Assembly: GCA_951406725.2 (NCBI GenBank)
Contig: OX597824.1
Span: 62,744,001-62,808,000, forward strand
Direction: 5' to 3'
From: Octopus vulgaris
Lineage: Eukaryota
Length of the DNA: 64,000 nt
The position numbers and the translations under genes are program-made. Numbering within the stretch: position 1 is the first letter of the stretch; each line of letters opens with the position of its first letter. The notes below the pieces were generated by a model, which did not search any database, was not told where the DNA came from, and saw only the letters and a program-made list of their open reading frames with translations. This document shows positions 24,992-39,190 of the stretch, one piece after another.

Positions 24992-25739
24992 GGCATTATC
25001 ATATATTCATAGGAACATAGGAACACACACAGGAACTGTCATAATTTTAAAATTCACGGCTCTACTGAATCCATTCTGCATCGCGGCTCTTACACTGGAT
25101 TAATATAAACAATATCTAATGTGAGAGAAACAACATATGTTACGGATACACACTATAGATTTACTGGTTTGAAACTTATTATTTATACGCCCATGTTCAT
25201 GTTGGTGGCAATAGGACAAAGCCGGCTAGCAAATGACATATTCGAAATATACATGTTATTTATTTATCTCAACATTAAGTATGTGTGATTTTCGTACAAT
25301 AGTGTCCGTCGTGTGATAAAGGAATACTAATTAGACATGACACTTTAAATGTGACTCTGGGAATGTCGTTTTATTGACAACTTTTCAGCAATGAAAATGT
25401 CAGTAGACAATAAGAACATTATTATATATACATGCCCTCATATTAAGAAATATTTCCTTTATTTTTAATCAAATATGAAGATATAATTGTTATTTTCTTT
25501 TAATTTATTGTTAATAGACACTAAAAAGTAGTAGATGAATTATTACAAATGTATTAGATCACTTTTTATTTTGTTCAATCCTTCTGTAGTTGATGTAAAT
25601 CCTTGCACGTTATTGTTGTGTAAATTACATATGGAAAATGATCAAGTGTGATTTACTGGAAAGTAGTAGTAGTTTTCAGGATTCATATTGTGCCTACATT
25701 CTACGCTCTGTAATAGGATATAAATCAAGTGAGCTAACA

Positions 25740-26490
25740 ATGAAGACTGTATCTCAGAGGCTTTCCATAGATTCGTTAAAAATTATAACATTTCCATCTC
25801 ATTTGAAAATAACACCAAAAGAGCTAACTTGTTAGATGTCACTCTTAACTTACCCTTATCATAAATCGAGTGAGTTACTACAACATAGCAACGTCTTATT
25901 CAACCACCCTGCATTTAGTCTTAATATCATCGTCACTGGTTTTACCATTAGGATTTCTAAAATATCAACTAATGAGGATATTTTAAAAACCCATACGCCG
26001 TACTATAAACAGACTCTGTAGATTACGGTCCTCAACAAGAAAATCTTTTTTACACCCAATACTAAATTAAAAATCAAAATCCGCGCATTCTCTTTTCCAA
26101 TGCGAATCTTGGCTCCCCTAGGTTTACCTCTACCAATCCAAACCTCATCAAACCACGAATGAATTTCCCTATTCCCTGTACTTGCATATTTTCTGGCCGC
26201 GTCGAAGGTTAATTTACTTCAAATTTCCCCAGGTGGGTCTACATATTACATGCTCTGTTGTAAGCCCTCCATAAGTAGAAAGCAGTTCTTGTGGTTCGCT
26301 CCACCATTCTTACATCAAAGTAAATCATTACTCGAGGTATTTTTCAAAATCCTAATTTCTGACTTTTCACCAAAACATAAATAACACCATAGCTTTCATA
26401 AATACTCCAGTAAAATCTCCTGTTCTACAACACCAAATTTGGGATCTAAAATGTCGTCCTTTAATAGCCCCAATCTTACCCGCTTTAGTA
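25740..26490 (+). mobile_element. Penelope-like RT C-terminal/thumb remnant
   Basis: ANLLDVTLNL, PYHK, NHP, IRISKISTNEDI, FLWFAPPF, KISCSTTPNLG motifs with stops. Confidence 0.7.
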
Positions 26491-26836
26491 CGTAACTAAA
26501 GTAGTAATATATATATTTGAGTACTGCATTTTTTCATATGCGAAAGCAGCTCAAATAATGGGCGAGAGATAGCAATGTCATGAAATGTTTGCACACACAG
26601 ACAGGCGCACACTCACACGCACGCACACATAGACGCGCACGCGCACACACATATACGTATCTACGAATATACATATTTATATATTTATGTATATAAATAT
26701 GTATATATGTATATACGTATGTGTATATGTATACGCATATTTATATAGGTATATATATATGCATATATATATATATATGTGTGTGTGTGTGTATGTGTAT
26801 GTGTTTGTATACATATAAGGTAAATGTATACATATA

Positions 26837-26913
<77 letters not shown>

Positions 26914-27094
26914 GTATTTCTATTAGTAAATACAAATACATAACGGCAATAAAGTGATTGGTAAACGTTTCCGATAATTCTAGAAGGTAATAAATGATGT
27001 GGTAAAAGAAACGATAAATTCAGAGGAATTTGATGAGAATATAAGAACTAATACAATATATTAAATAAAATTTTAATAGGAACAACGGAATATA

Positions 27095-27255
27095 TATTAC
27101 TTTCAAAATTTGTCACAAGCCTAACTCTTTTGGGATTGTGGGTAGTTCGGTTAAATCAACTCTAATGCTGAAATTGTACTTATATTATCTTCCCCAAAGC
27201 ATGAAAGTCAACGACGACCTCGGCTGAATTTGAACGCAGAACTTTAAGACGCACA
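27095..27255 (-). mobile_element. SINE family A, diverged copy
   Basis: ATGAAAGTCAACGACGACCTCGGCTGAATTTGAAC.CAGAAC. Confidence 0.6.
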
Positions 27256-30200
27256 ACGGTGAAAATATTACAATGAAGGAAGCTGACAATAGTATTTGCA
27301 AAGGACTCGTTATCCTTGCTTTTAAAGAAACAGTGATCATAACTAGCAGGAAAACTGTGAGCTATAGCTTATTTCACATTCGAGTGTTCTAGGAACAGGA
27401 TTCATGCATGGAACTCAGAATGTTTCTAGAATGCTTGAATGGTAATTTTCCATTCCGTTGGAACTATGGACTGCAATCTACCTGAACACACTCCCATAGA
27501 CATACCGGTTGAATAAGATCGGATTTGCAACCTACTGTTTAACTTAGTATTATTATAATTACGAAATGAAGACATTCTCAAAGACTTTGTATCTTCAACT
27601 CAAATCTGTGTCAACACTAGCTGGCACATGTAGAGCGAAGCATGTTGAAATGCATTAATCCTATTATTGTACAGAGCTGGTTATTGTGTGCTTGATATCG
27701 ATTATTATTGTCTATAGTTGTGATTGATTTTGTTTTGTGTAGGAGAGAAATCATCTAAGGTAACACTTAACGTGTTTCCAAGTGTTATCCAGAAGACTGC
27801 CAATGATGTGATGTATTGGTGATGAGGCATACCCCTCATGTAACATTGAAATGGTGATTAGGGGAACTAAGACCTAAAACCCGATTAAAATGTCTTACGA
27901 GATCCATCCCTATTTGAAACAAAAATAAACGCATTTAGAAATCGGAAATATGCTGTAATTCTGACAAAGAATGACCCTATTACAAAACGTGTAATTGTGA
28001 TTAGTTTACTGACAACGCATCATTCTCAATGTGGGAAAATTCTTCAGATTTTCCGTTGGTTTCGCTAGGATCTGAATTCAAAGTGGAGTGTAGGAGAACA
28101 TAAATCCAGACTGTCCACTTCGTTCATACATACGTACACACACACATACATACATGCGATCACACACGACCGCACAAACACACACATATACTCTTACACT
28201 CATGTATATACACACATGCGTTCATATATGTGAGTGTATGTATAATGCCAAGTTTGTGGTTCTGAGATTTAGACAAGATACGAAAACAATTTTTTTGGCT
28301 TTTATTTATCTTCAAACAAAATAAAGTTGTTACAGTTAATTGACAACATTACAAGAAAACATTTACATCTTTATCACGTATGAGAGAGTGAAAGAGAAAG
28401 TACAAGCTATATGTGCGTTGCACGCATGTGTGTGTCTGTATGTATATGTGCATATGTGTATGCATATGTGTATTTTTGTACATAGAATGCATTTTAAATC
28501 TTTTACAAAGAAAAAAAATCTAATGTAAAGTGTTACCTACTTAGTGTTACATTCACGTAGATGGTTGATGTAAGCACTAAATAGGACTAGGAGATTCTGA
28601 AATTCACTCCGCGTTCCATCAACGCGTTGCTTTTATATTGCGTGTATACATAAAACATTACTCGATATGTTGGTGACTGCAATTAGATATATCTATACAA
28701 AACCGGTAGGAGATAATTGCTTTTAAATAATTAAGCCATTGCCTGTATATTTATACAATTCGTTGAGTTTACAAAACAAATTGCTGCGTAAAAATTTACT
28801 CGTTCTATGATTGGGTTTGATTGTTTCAGTTTGTAATTTTACAATACGAATCGTGTGTTCAAATATAATCAAGGTCGAATAAATCTTGCTAGGAAGAGTC
28901 AATAATAAAAGGAAGCAGCATCTTTAAATTTTCTCAAAGCTTCAAAATGATATATGGAATAAATTGAATCGATTATTCTCAACCGATGAAGAGTCTCCAA
29001 TGTGTGCAATATAGTGAACGCTGCTGATTACCCTATGTATCAGTGCTCGTTTATTATAGGTTGACATGGCATATGTTCCAGCAAACAACCAAAATGGTCA
29101 CTCCAACGTGCGCTAATGCGCATTCCGATTACCAAATATTAATTAATAATTCATGGTTGAAGATTATTTGGTAGACACGTTTTAAGGTAATTAGAGACGA
29201 AAGCATGTTGTTTGCGAAGCTGATTTTTTAAAAGTAAAAATTCATATGGGTAATCGTTATATTATCTAGTTTCCGTCGGCCTATTCACAGCTTTACCTAC
29301 CCCAGGCTTTCTTTATTAAAATGTCAATAAGATAATTATCAAAAATGCACTGCGTTCGATTTGAAATCTCACTGCTGTCGATTTTTACATTTCCTTCTTA
29401 CAAGATCGATAGAATAATCTAGAAGCCAGTACCTGATCGATGAATTTAAATACAATTTCAAATCCCCAACCCATATGTGTTTCTTATGGCTATGTCAAAA
29501 TTGTTAATGCACAGATGTTTAACTAAGATGGCCCACACCCCACATACACAATTTCCACCATGGCTAATGAAGCAACGCTTTAACATCCTATTTGCACGAT
29601 TTCTCTAGGCTATTTCATAAATCAATAAGCCATTACAAAAATGTTATTTCCATCCACATAATCATCAATATTCTGACAAGATAAAAATTTAACGCTCATT
29701 AAATGAATATTTATGTGTGTGAATGTATATGTTTTTATGTATTTGTGTACATCTATATACAGAATTATAGCAAGAAAGATAGAAAAGCGATTAGAGTGCA
29801 TTCCATTCTACTAAATTTACATATAATAAACTGTATACGTTTGTAATGGCATTTGTTGTGAGAATTTGAAGCTTCATTGCCTTAAAGAATCCATTAGTTT
29901 TACAGAGGCCCACAGTAGTCATATTCTGCTTCCGCTAACAGTTTAGCTAACAACAGCACGAATCCTGATCTACTCTATCCATCTTGGCGACTGTAATTTA
30001 TAACGTTTTCTCCAATTTTTTTTTTATTTCTAGTAAACATCATTTGAACATTATAATAATTATAATAATTTATTTGTAGACATTTAATTCATGATATTTA
30101 TTGCCATGTATATATGTACTTGCTTTCGTTTTTTCCTTAAATTTTTGAATGAACAATATTATGACTATGTGTTCAAATAACATCGAGCTCAACAATATGA

Positions 30201-31509
30201 TCCTGCCAGGGTCGGCCAAATCTAGTGACAATCAGTTACTATAGAATAGAATATAACTTTACCTGAAACGACGTATCCAGCAGTTCATATCTCTTGAAGA
30301 CAGTCAGATCATATAAGCTAATATATAAGGCAGTGAAGCATATGAAATGTTAAGTCAGTGTATTTTGGTATTTAAAATGTCAAGCATTCACTACATCATC
30401 ACAGAAATGATATCTGCCCGCTTTCAATGATAATTATGCTACAGTTAACTGATGTCCCTAATGAGTTGGTTAAAACAACAAGGTCGTTACGATGTGATAC
30501 ATATTAAACACACAGTGATGTTACAATGTAGACAGTGGCAAAGATTGTGACAGCAGTGGCGTGTCTATGACTTAAGACCTTGATGCAACCAAGCTCCTTA
30601 AAGTGTATGGGGCTAAATGCCGAAAGTTATACTTGAGTGGTGCTCTTTAAAGATACTTCATTTTCCAAATCTCCTTAGAGTCTCTTATTTTTTCAAAGTA
30701 TATGAAAAGTATCTTAGTTCGGTCACAGAAACAAATCACAGGCTATTATAAGCATTAAAAAGAATTACGCCTTAATACATCGAAAATAAACTTGTGGTAC
30801 GGGTAGAATTCGATGTGCATGTTACTGTGTGTAGATCATTTGGGTAGAATAATGTAGCGTGCATCCAAGTATAGCCTATCCATTATTAGGCATGGTGACA
30901 ATTATTTGCTTCCATGAATTGTAAATTTTGTATGTATAAGCCATGTGCCATCGTTATTACTCTCTTTAACAGAATGACTACTTATGATCTGTCTCCTGCA
31001 TGTAATACTTACATACGAACTGGCATCCATCTGTATTCTATGATAAGTGATTTATGAGCTAACACTATTCGATTATGTATGGTAGTAATGTTTCAGGATC
31101 ATAAAAGCAGCAAATATGTTATTTGCATGTATTAATTCATCAATATAAATGTCACGTATAGATCTGCTACATCTTCCACGAGAACAAGTTTATCAAAGTT
31201 TATCTGATTATCACAAGAGGTTTCTCAGCTAATTTCCACTGAAAGCGCTATACATACCAAGCAAAGAAAAGAGAAACATTTTAGGGTTGTGCACTGGATG
31301 AATGAATTTTAGACATTTGGACTTATTTGATTTAAAGTTATTTCCCCTATTATAACAATGTCTAACAAAACTCAAACGTTTCAGGTTGTCTATGCTACAA
31401 TAAACATATCTAAAGGGATACACGTGCTGCTTTGTAATTCGCTTGGAAACGAAGTGGTTCTAGACTCTATGGTAATTCCCAGCACTACACACATTTTTCT
31501 TATACGCAA

Positions 31510-31785
31510 GCTGCGGATTTACCAATCTCTATCAATAGAATTCCCAACCATATGGTTCCTGCTTCAGTCCAACTGTGCGGTATCTTGAGTAAGTGTCTTC
31601 AATAATAGCCTCGGCCAGACTAAATATTTTGAGTGTGTTTGGAAGGTGGAAATTGAAGGAAACCCGTTCTATCTATATTTGTGTGTGTGCATGTGTGTGT
31701 GCGTGTCTGTGTATGAGTGTGTGTGTGTCTATGTGTATGTATTTGTCCACCACCACCGCTTGAGGACCGGTATTGGAGAGGTTTG
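31510..31785 (+). mobile_element. SINE family B (head-core-(TG)n-tail), diverged
   Basis: TTCCCAACCATATGGTTCC..TTCAGTCC.ACTG.GCGG..TCTTGAGTAAGTGTCTTC head/core, internal TG microsatellite, then TTTGTCCACCACCACCGCTTGA. Confidence 0.7.
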
Positions 31786-31904
31786 GCAAAAGAGAATGAT
31801 AAAATATATAGCAGTATTTAGAAAATATAATAACCACTGGGCTCGAATCGTTCGATTGAAATTGATAAAGATGGTACACCAGCATGACTGTAGGACTAAG
31901 AACT

Positions 31905-33300
31905 GAAAATAATTAGAGATAAAACCTATATATATATATATAAAACAAAAGAGGGGGTCTATTTCCATGAAGGCAAATTTGTTGTTGAAAATGCACCTAA
32001 ATTTGAAAAACTTGTAATTGTTGAAAATAAATTTATTTACATATATACCAAACTAGTTTTAACAATATTTTTGCTTATCGATGGTAAAAATTTTAAATTA
32101 TGAATTAGAAAACATCTTTGAAAGCTTCAATGTTGACAAATTAAATGTTCATAACAGACAAATTTAGAAATATGAATTAGAAGAAATTTCAATGTTGACA
32201 AGTTTAAATGTTCATAACAGTCAATAATATTAAGACTGTGCATGAATTGTTTTGAATGTACAAAGCTCATTAGTGTTACTAGTGATCGACAAGAACTGAA
32301 TATCATCAAAGATTCAGTCATACTCAACTATCGCTTGTAGCTGTGTGTATTGGAATCCGGTGTATTTATAATTTTTCCACGAGCGGATCTGATATTTTAT
32401 TCGTTAAAGTACTGGTGACGTCTTCTTTTTACGTTTTACATTTTTAGGTTTTGTCGTTCTACCTAGTTGGCTTCCCTGTGGGGAACGGTCATGAGACTTT
32501 CCGGCTGGTTGATTGAATTAAAGAATCATTGTATTTCAATTGCTGAAGTTCGGTTTTGATTGGTCTAGAGTTAGGTGACGTCAGCAAATAGTATTTGTGA
32601 ATTTACATTGGTCTAGAGATAGGTGACGTCGGCAACTTGTGTTTGTATGGTGATTTGGAGTTACGGTTTCGAAACCCGGGTGGAAGACTGTTACTAGAGT
32701 TTTTAAAAATTGTTTGTTGTTCCTGGTTTTTATTTTTCGTGGAGAAATTGAGTCTTTTTTCCGTTTTAGTGTTTTTCTTCTTTCTAAAGGATATTCAGTT
32801 GTGGATTACATTTTTTTATGAATATGCTTTCCTTATTTAAACAGAATTGGGTTGAAGTATTTCTGGTGCATTGATAGACTGGGAAGATTTTGTAAATTTG
32901 GTTCATGTCTACGGGACATTGGTATAACCGTTTCCTTACGGGAATTTTCCTAGACGTGGGGTCTCGGATTTTTTGCCTATGAACCATTAGTCTCTCCCCC
33001 AAAGTTAAACTAGTTTCACCTATGTATTCTCCACTACACCCTCCACATTTGAAAACATAGATTAAGTTCTTCGAAGTATAGGTGAAGTGATTTTTTTATG
33101 GTAAAATTTTGACCTGACTTAAATTTGTATGATGAGCTCTCTAAGAGGAAGATGCAGTTCCGCAGTTAGGGAGGTTCCACTTTTTGACAAGTGGGGTTAT
33201 ATTTTTGGTGGGTAATTCGGCGCTGGTGAGTAACTTGTTTAGTGATTGCGGTTGTTTTTTGTTTCATTTAAGTCAGGTCAAACTTTTACCATAAAAAAAC
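31905..33300 (-). mobile_element. Penelope-like element 3' part with GIY-YIG endonuclease (Neptune-like)
   Basis: KQPQSLNKLLTSA...NCGT...TSKNLIYVFKCGGCSGEYIGETSLTLGERLMVHRQKIRD...NKESIFIKKCNPQLN* (33260-32784), followed by a long 3' region with tandem duplications. Confidence 0.85.
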
Positions 33301-33519
33301 TGGAATAACATTTTTATTGCAGTCTTTATCACGATTGTCTAAAGAACGGTTTCGTGAAACTCTGTGTTACAGTTTTTTGTGATGTTTTGCAACTTTAATA
33401 ATAAAAGTATATTACACTACCTTCGGTATTCGAATACTAATTTTTTTAATTTTGCCCCTTGTTTTGCATTTATGTGCTTGTGCACACACACATATATGTA
33501 TTAAACATCTATTCATACA

Positions 33520-34350
33520 ATATAAGGATAAAATCGTATAAAAGATTTTTATCAGGTAGTCAGCATGCAATAACAATTCATAAGTAATTTATACGTTAAA
33601 CTAATAATCATATAAATATGTATATAATTATATTAAGGGAGGAAGAACAAAAATACGACCTACCTCCAATATGCTTAAAAATGGTGAGGCATTTAGCAAC
33701 TACCGAAAAACTACAAAAATATACACAGATTGTAGGCGAATGAGTGAAAACAATTTTAAAAGATTTCACATTAATTGCTAATTGGGTTAAAATTCTAGAT
33801 TAAAGCCGTAAAACAGCCTTTCTCTTTCGTCAATACAATACACGAGAAATATAAATACAAACAATTATACATACCCGTACAAAACAGATTCGCACGTCCA
33901 CATAAAAATATATGCCCGTATAGATCAAGGATAAATCAGATTAAAAGCTTTTCACGACAAACACGTGTATATTATTAAAAGAGCTCCGTATAAAATGCTT
34001 TCCGATCAGGAGTAAGAATTATATTATTTTTATTGTTTTCATTAATTCATACTAGAATATAAGGGTAAAGTCGCGTTAAAGAATTTTATCAGATAGTCAG
34101 CATACAATAAAAATTTATAGGTAATTTATCCACTAGATGAATAATTATGAATATGTGTGTATATGATTATATTAAGGGAGCATGGACGAAAGAAAAACTA
34201 TTTCCAACACGCTTGAAAATGCCGATTCATTCAGATACTACCGAAAAACTATAAGAATATTTGTAACATACTTCAACTGCTGAAAGACAGATCCGCTGCA
34301 GTTACCGTAGAAATAATTTTCCAGATGGTAGAAGTAGAAATGTATAAAAA
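33520..34350. repeat. Two diverged ~210 bp direct copies of an interspersed repeat (33520-33735; 34057-34265), probable Penelope terminal repeats
   Basis: TTTTATCAG.TAGTCAGCAT.CAATAA...ATTATATTAAGGGAG...CTACCGAAAAACTA present twice. Confidence 0.7.
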
Positions 34351-35740
34351 CACAATATTTACAGGCATATATATATATATATATATATATAGTAAAATGT
34401 TTTAAAACACTACACATGCTCAATGTTTCTCTCTAACCATGTCCCAGCTGCGTTTGTGTGACTCTTTAACTTTTCTCGGTAGGAGATGTCGAAGAAGGAT
34501 TACGGTGGGTTGATTCGATCGAAAGCGGAAATTTTATCGCAGAACAGTCAATATCAGCGACTGAGTTGGGTTCGTGGATGGAATAGATGCAGCAATATCA
34601 GTTTTAAACATTGATGAGGAATGAACGAAGATGGTTTAATGAAAGTAACTTTGTGACATAATTTATCGTTTAAAGTCAAGTTCTCTGATTTACTTAGCAC
34701 AAAAATTCTCTCTAATGGTACAACGTATAGAAAACAACATATCTGCCAAGTGCTTCTTTCTAGAGAATTACCCGACGCGCTTCCAGCAGGTTATGGTGTT
34801 TTTACACCTCTGACTATAATGCAGAATTATGTTATCCACAGTTACTGTAGAGAATATTTCTTGAGAAGTTAAAATATGTTAGGAACATAATATGTATGCG
34901 TCACTTCTGATGCGCGTAAGTATGTATACAAACAATGGCAAGAAACGTGCTTGAGTCTATACAGAAATACAAGTACATATATACAGACACACACATATAC
35001 ACACATTCATACATATATACACACACATACAAACACATTCACATACACACACTCGCGTGCACACTTATACATTCATTTGCCCCTACATAAGCCTATGTAT
35101 ACACATTTAAAGAAACCCTCATAGACATATTTACAAATATACAGACACTTATACACGTTCCTACATGAACAATATTGATAATATTTATCATAGCAATGGG
35201 ACCGACAATAGATAGCAAACAGAGTAAGTTATATATTATTCTAACAATTTTATGGTGGTATTTTGGAATTATTTGAATGTGCTAAATTTTTTTTATGTAG
35301 GTATCAGCTGTTTTACAGTTTGATATTTCTATACTTTCTAATAGACATAAGTTGAAAAACTTACCACCGGCTTTATAGGTTGTTGCATTTCTTATTATAA
35401 AAAAAAGATAGTATACATTCTATAATTTTATCTTCCGACTCCCATATAAGAATAGCCAAGAGATGTATAATTAGGATTTCCTACATATTTGAAGGAAGAA
35501 ATGTTGTTATAATATCTTTATTCAAATTTAGTAGTAGCACGTATATATTCGTACGCATTTTGATGAATGTTGACTGAGCATTTATGAATTATGCATTCAA
35601 GAGGACATTTATTGGTGAAAGGACAACACGATTTCATTCGACAATAACATAATGTTCACCTATCTGGCCTTATAATACTATTGCAATTGATATCGTTATT
35701 TCATTCATTTTGAATATGGTTAATATGATAATTATTATTT

Positions 35741-35757
35741 AGTCATCTTTCTCATTC

Positions 35758-35792
<35 letters not shown>

Positions 35793-35807
35793 GTCGTCGT
35801 CGTCATT

Positions 35808-35857
<50 letters not shown>

Positions 35858-35870
35858 AATCATCATTATT
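35741..35870. repeat. (ATC)n microsatellite
   Basis: Direct reading. Confidence 0.95.
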
Positions 35871-35914
35871 GCTTTCATATATACACAACAGATTAGACTG
35901 TTTGAAAACAAAAC

Positions 35915-36270
35915 AAATCCTAACGTTGAGCTTCACGGAAGATGAAATGCATTCATGACTGAATGCATGTCGTGAATTGAAAGAACAGTTGGAAGTTGAT
36001 CCAGATCTCTTTTGGAAGGTCATCGCTGGTGACGAAAGCTGTTGCTTCGGAATTTGCAGATTTGGAAGAGATGAAGTAAAAAGATGATGGAGACGTTAAA
36101 AGCATCAGTTCGCAAGAGTTCCAGCATTGCTCCGAACAGTGGAAGATGCGTTTTGACCGATGCATTGCTTCACATAAAGAATACTTTGAAGGAGATAGAA
36201 AAGTAAACATAAAAATATAGATGAATAACATAATATTGCAAAACTCCGGTTCGTTTTAGGTACCCCTTCA
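35915..36270 (+). mobile_element. Internally deleted mariner remnant with right TIR
   Basis: ACRELKEQLEVDPDLFWKVIAGDES joined to QEFQHCSEQWKMRFDRCIASHKEYFEGD; TIR AAACTCCGGTTCGTTTTAGGTACCCCT. Confidence 0.8.
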
Positions 36271-37559
36271 CTCGTGTGTGTGTGTGTGTGTGTACGTATG
36301 TATGTATATATGTATATATCTATGTATGTATGTAATGATAATTCGCATATGTATTTTATTTATACTTAATATTTGCCGGCAATTTCAAACGCAAGATATG
36401 CTAGTCGCAGTTGTGTGGAATATAGGAGAAAACAATTATTCCATATACGTTCATAGTGTGTCATAACAATCGCCGCACATTAATTAACGGAACCCTCGAA
36501 CACCGATATGTCGACATGTTCTGTGAAGTCAACATGAAAACCTGAGACTCTGAGCCTAAACAACCACTGTCATCATTTATAATGTCAACAATTATGTCAT
36601 CTGTCGACAAATAAAATATCTTTATTTATTAATGTGTGACCAAAGTAATTATTGGTAATTCTGTATGGCCGCAGTCGTAGAACTCCAGCCTAAGTGGCCA
36701 TGACAATATATAACATTAACAGATTTTTTAGACAACCCATGTTTGGAATAATGGGATTAAATAATAGAAGTCACTAGCAAATATACGGTATTGCTAACGA
36801 AGACTATCACAAAATTGTAGCTAAGCTCAACAATGGTGGCCCAGTGTAATTGTCAACAATAATGCATCTCTGTGAATGTCACGGATTATTGGTCATATAT
36901 ACTGCTTTTATAACTCTATGAGCAAATGTGTGTTTTGTTTTCTAATAAGACCGTTATATTTATGGGCATTTTTCTTTCCATTTCTCACAAATGGAGTGAT
37001 CACACGTTTTTTCGAATTCGTCATGACTGCACCGAGGTGGCTAATTATGGTTGAAAACGTACCAATATTCTTACAACGCTATAGTTAAATCCTGAAAGTT
37101 CTTAATCGCATAAGGAAATATATTTCTGAACAACCCAAAGGCATCCACTATGATTGTATAATTTATTTAGATTTGAGAAATAGAAATATTTACTGCTTAA
37201 GAAATGTTTAGAAAGAAATTATGTAGTTTGAACAAAACAAATATATCTAAAATGAATATTGATTCAGCATCAGGTAAATACTACATGCATTAATACATAC
37301 ATTAATGATTTACAGGCATCATATTGTTAAATATATTTATATTGCTATAAATCTGTATATCTCTTTCACTCTCCCTTGGTTTGTTCTACCTCACTGTATC
37401 TCTTTCACTCCGTCTTTGTACATTCTGTGTGTGTGAGCGTTTATGCACGTTTTATGTATGTACGTATGTATGTATTTTCTCTTTCCCCTTTTTGTATAGA
37501 TTAACTTTTGAGTGGCCACATACTTTGTAGCAAAATTGTGAAAGAAAGCATTTCATTTC

Positions 37560-38830
37560 ATTTATCGCTCCCAAAATGTTAAGAAGTTCTTGCAGATTTT
37601 TATAATCCCAGATATAGTGATCATTTCTTGTGTATGAATAATGGGGTTGCGTTCTAAAACCCAAGTTCAATCATACCTTGCTCCAGATGGTTTGTTACAT
37701 ATCCTGTTGTCCCAAGACTGAAAGGTATGAAGCTGAAAGTGTATCTTCGATACTGGATTTGCAAACTCCTTATTAGTGGTCAGTAGATGTTATCTTTCTT
37801 CTGTATTTTTTCTGACGACATTGATGTTCACAGGACATCTGATATCCGACACGGAGCATATATTTTCCATGTGCACCCACACAACTATATTTGGTCGGTT
37901 GCGTTCTAACTTGATGAACTGAAATCATTAATCCACTGGTACTGATACAGTTACTTTCTTCTGTTAGTGCTTTATTATTTTCGGTCCTGTTCCAGACTGA
38001 TCACTGCACCATGCATGCAAGGGAAGATAATATATGGAAGACAATACCTTGCAGTTGGCACTAACATGGCTGATGTCTAAGTGTAGGCCTCTACGACTTA
38101 TTTTTGTTGTCTGTCAATGTTTTCTGTTTTTGATGCTTCACGTATTTGTTTAGGATTTTTTACTTTTGAATTTTATGGACGTAGCTTTCGAAGTGGCGTG
38201 TCATAAACTTGTCGACACACCATTTCGAGCTTTTGATATGTCCAACTACTTCTACAATTTGTGTTTTTTGTGGCCAGTATCCATGCACAATTTTCCCAGT
38301 GGAGTGGTTCATTTGCCTTGTTCGTTTGATAAATAGAATTTAGCAATGCCCTGCAGCGGAGAGATCTGTATCAACTCTTATTTCATTTCGCTCCTAGCAT
38401 TCATTACTTATCCTATGTAATAAATTTCATGGTCGGAAAATGGGTAAGGTAGTTACAGGTCTCTTTCCTCTGTTGCATACGTTCTCTCAACGTCAGAATA
38501 CGTGTTTCATATGACATCAATACAGACTTGACACCGCGTTCCCTTTCTTTGCGTGGAAAGTATAGCTTATCTACGTCTCCACTGTTGAAATTTACCGTAA
38601 CCCCGAGAAGCTTGCGAGTTTGAGCACCTATCTCATTGAGTTATAGTATTGAACAACACACTGGGCAAATGTAACCGTGAGGACAATCACTGGAAATGCA
38701 TTGTTGACAATGCGATTTTAAACTTAGAGCTCGGATGACCCTCTTGTAGTGTGTGTCATGGTTGACATTCTGATCATGTCCAAGATATTTGTAACTTTTC
38801 TCAGAATTGGTTTATGAGATACTGTTGAGT
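37560..38830 (-). mobile_element. REL-endonuclease non-LTR retrotransposon remnant (NeSL/Hero/R4-like)
   Basis: YKYLG, DVDKLYFPRK..RG, CCHC remnant (CR...DISHVSANC...YYLPLH), NRPNIVVW...DIRCPVNINV..K...Y.PLIRSLQIQY...FIPFSLGTTGYV. Confidence 0.75.
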
Positions 38831-39190
38831 TTTGATGTGTTTAATATTTGATCTATAGTGCTTCATTCCGGTAGCTGCTGTGATTTGTGCTTAGGTACGA
38901 CAGGGGATTAAAAGGATCTACGTATAACTGTCTGTCTAGAAAATGATCAAAAGTTCTTCCCAAGACTTAGGCTAAACATGCAATATCTACAAGTACTAAG
39001 GCGCATATGCTGCCCCATGGGGGGGAATACTGATCTATGGCAAGATTGTTCATCTTTGCTGACTGAGTGAACTGTAGCAACGCGAAATGAATTCGTTTGG
39101 TCAAGAACACAATGCATCACCCTATCTTGATATCGAAGCCAAAATTTTACGACCACTAAGCCATGCACCCCACATCTGCATATCCGTATA

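Noticed and set aside
28500-31500. Long apparently unique AT-rich stretch as a possible host exon or regulatory region
   Set aside because: No convincing ORF, splice-bounded exon or repeat could be identified by eye.
32095-32225. ~62 bp tandem duplication that could suggest a repeat-spacer array
   Set aside because: Only two adjacent copies with no spacers, inside a Penelope 3' region; eukaryotic context, not CRISPR.
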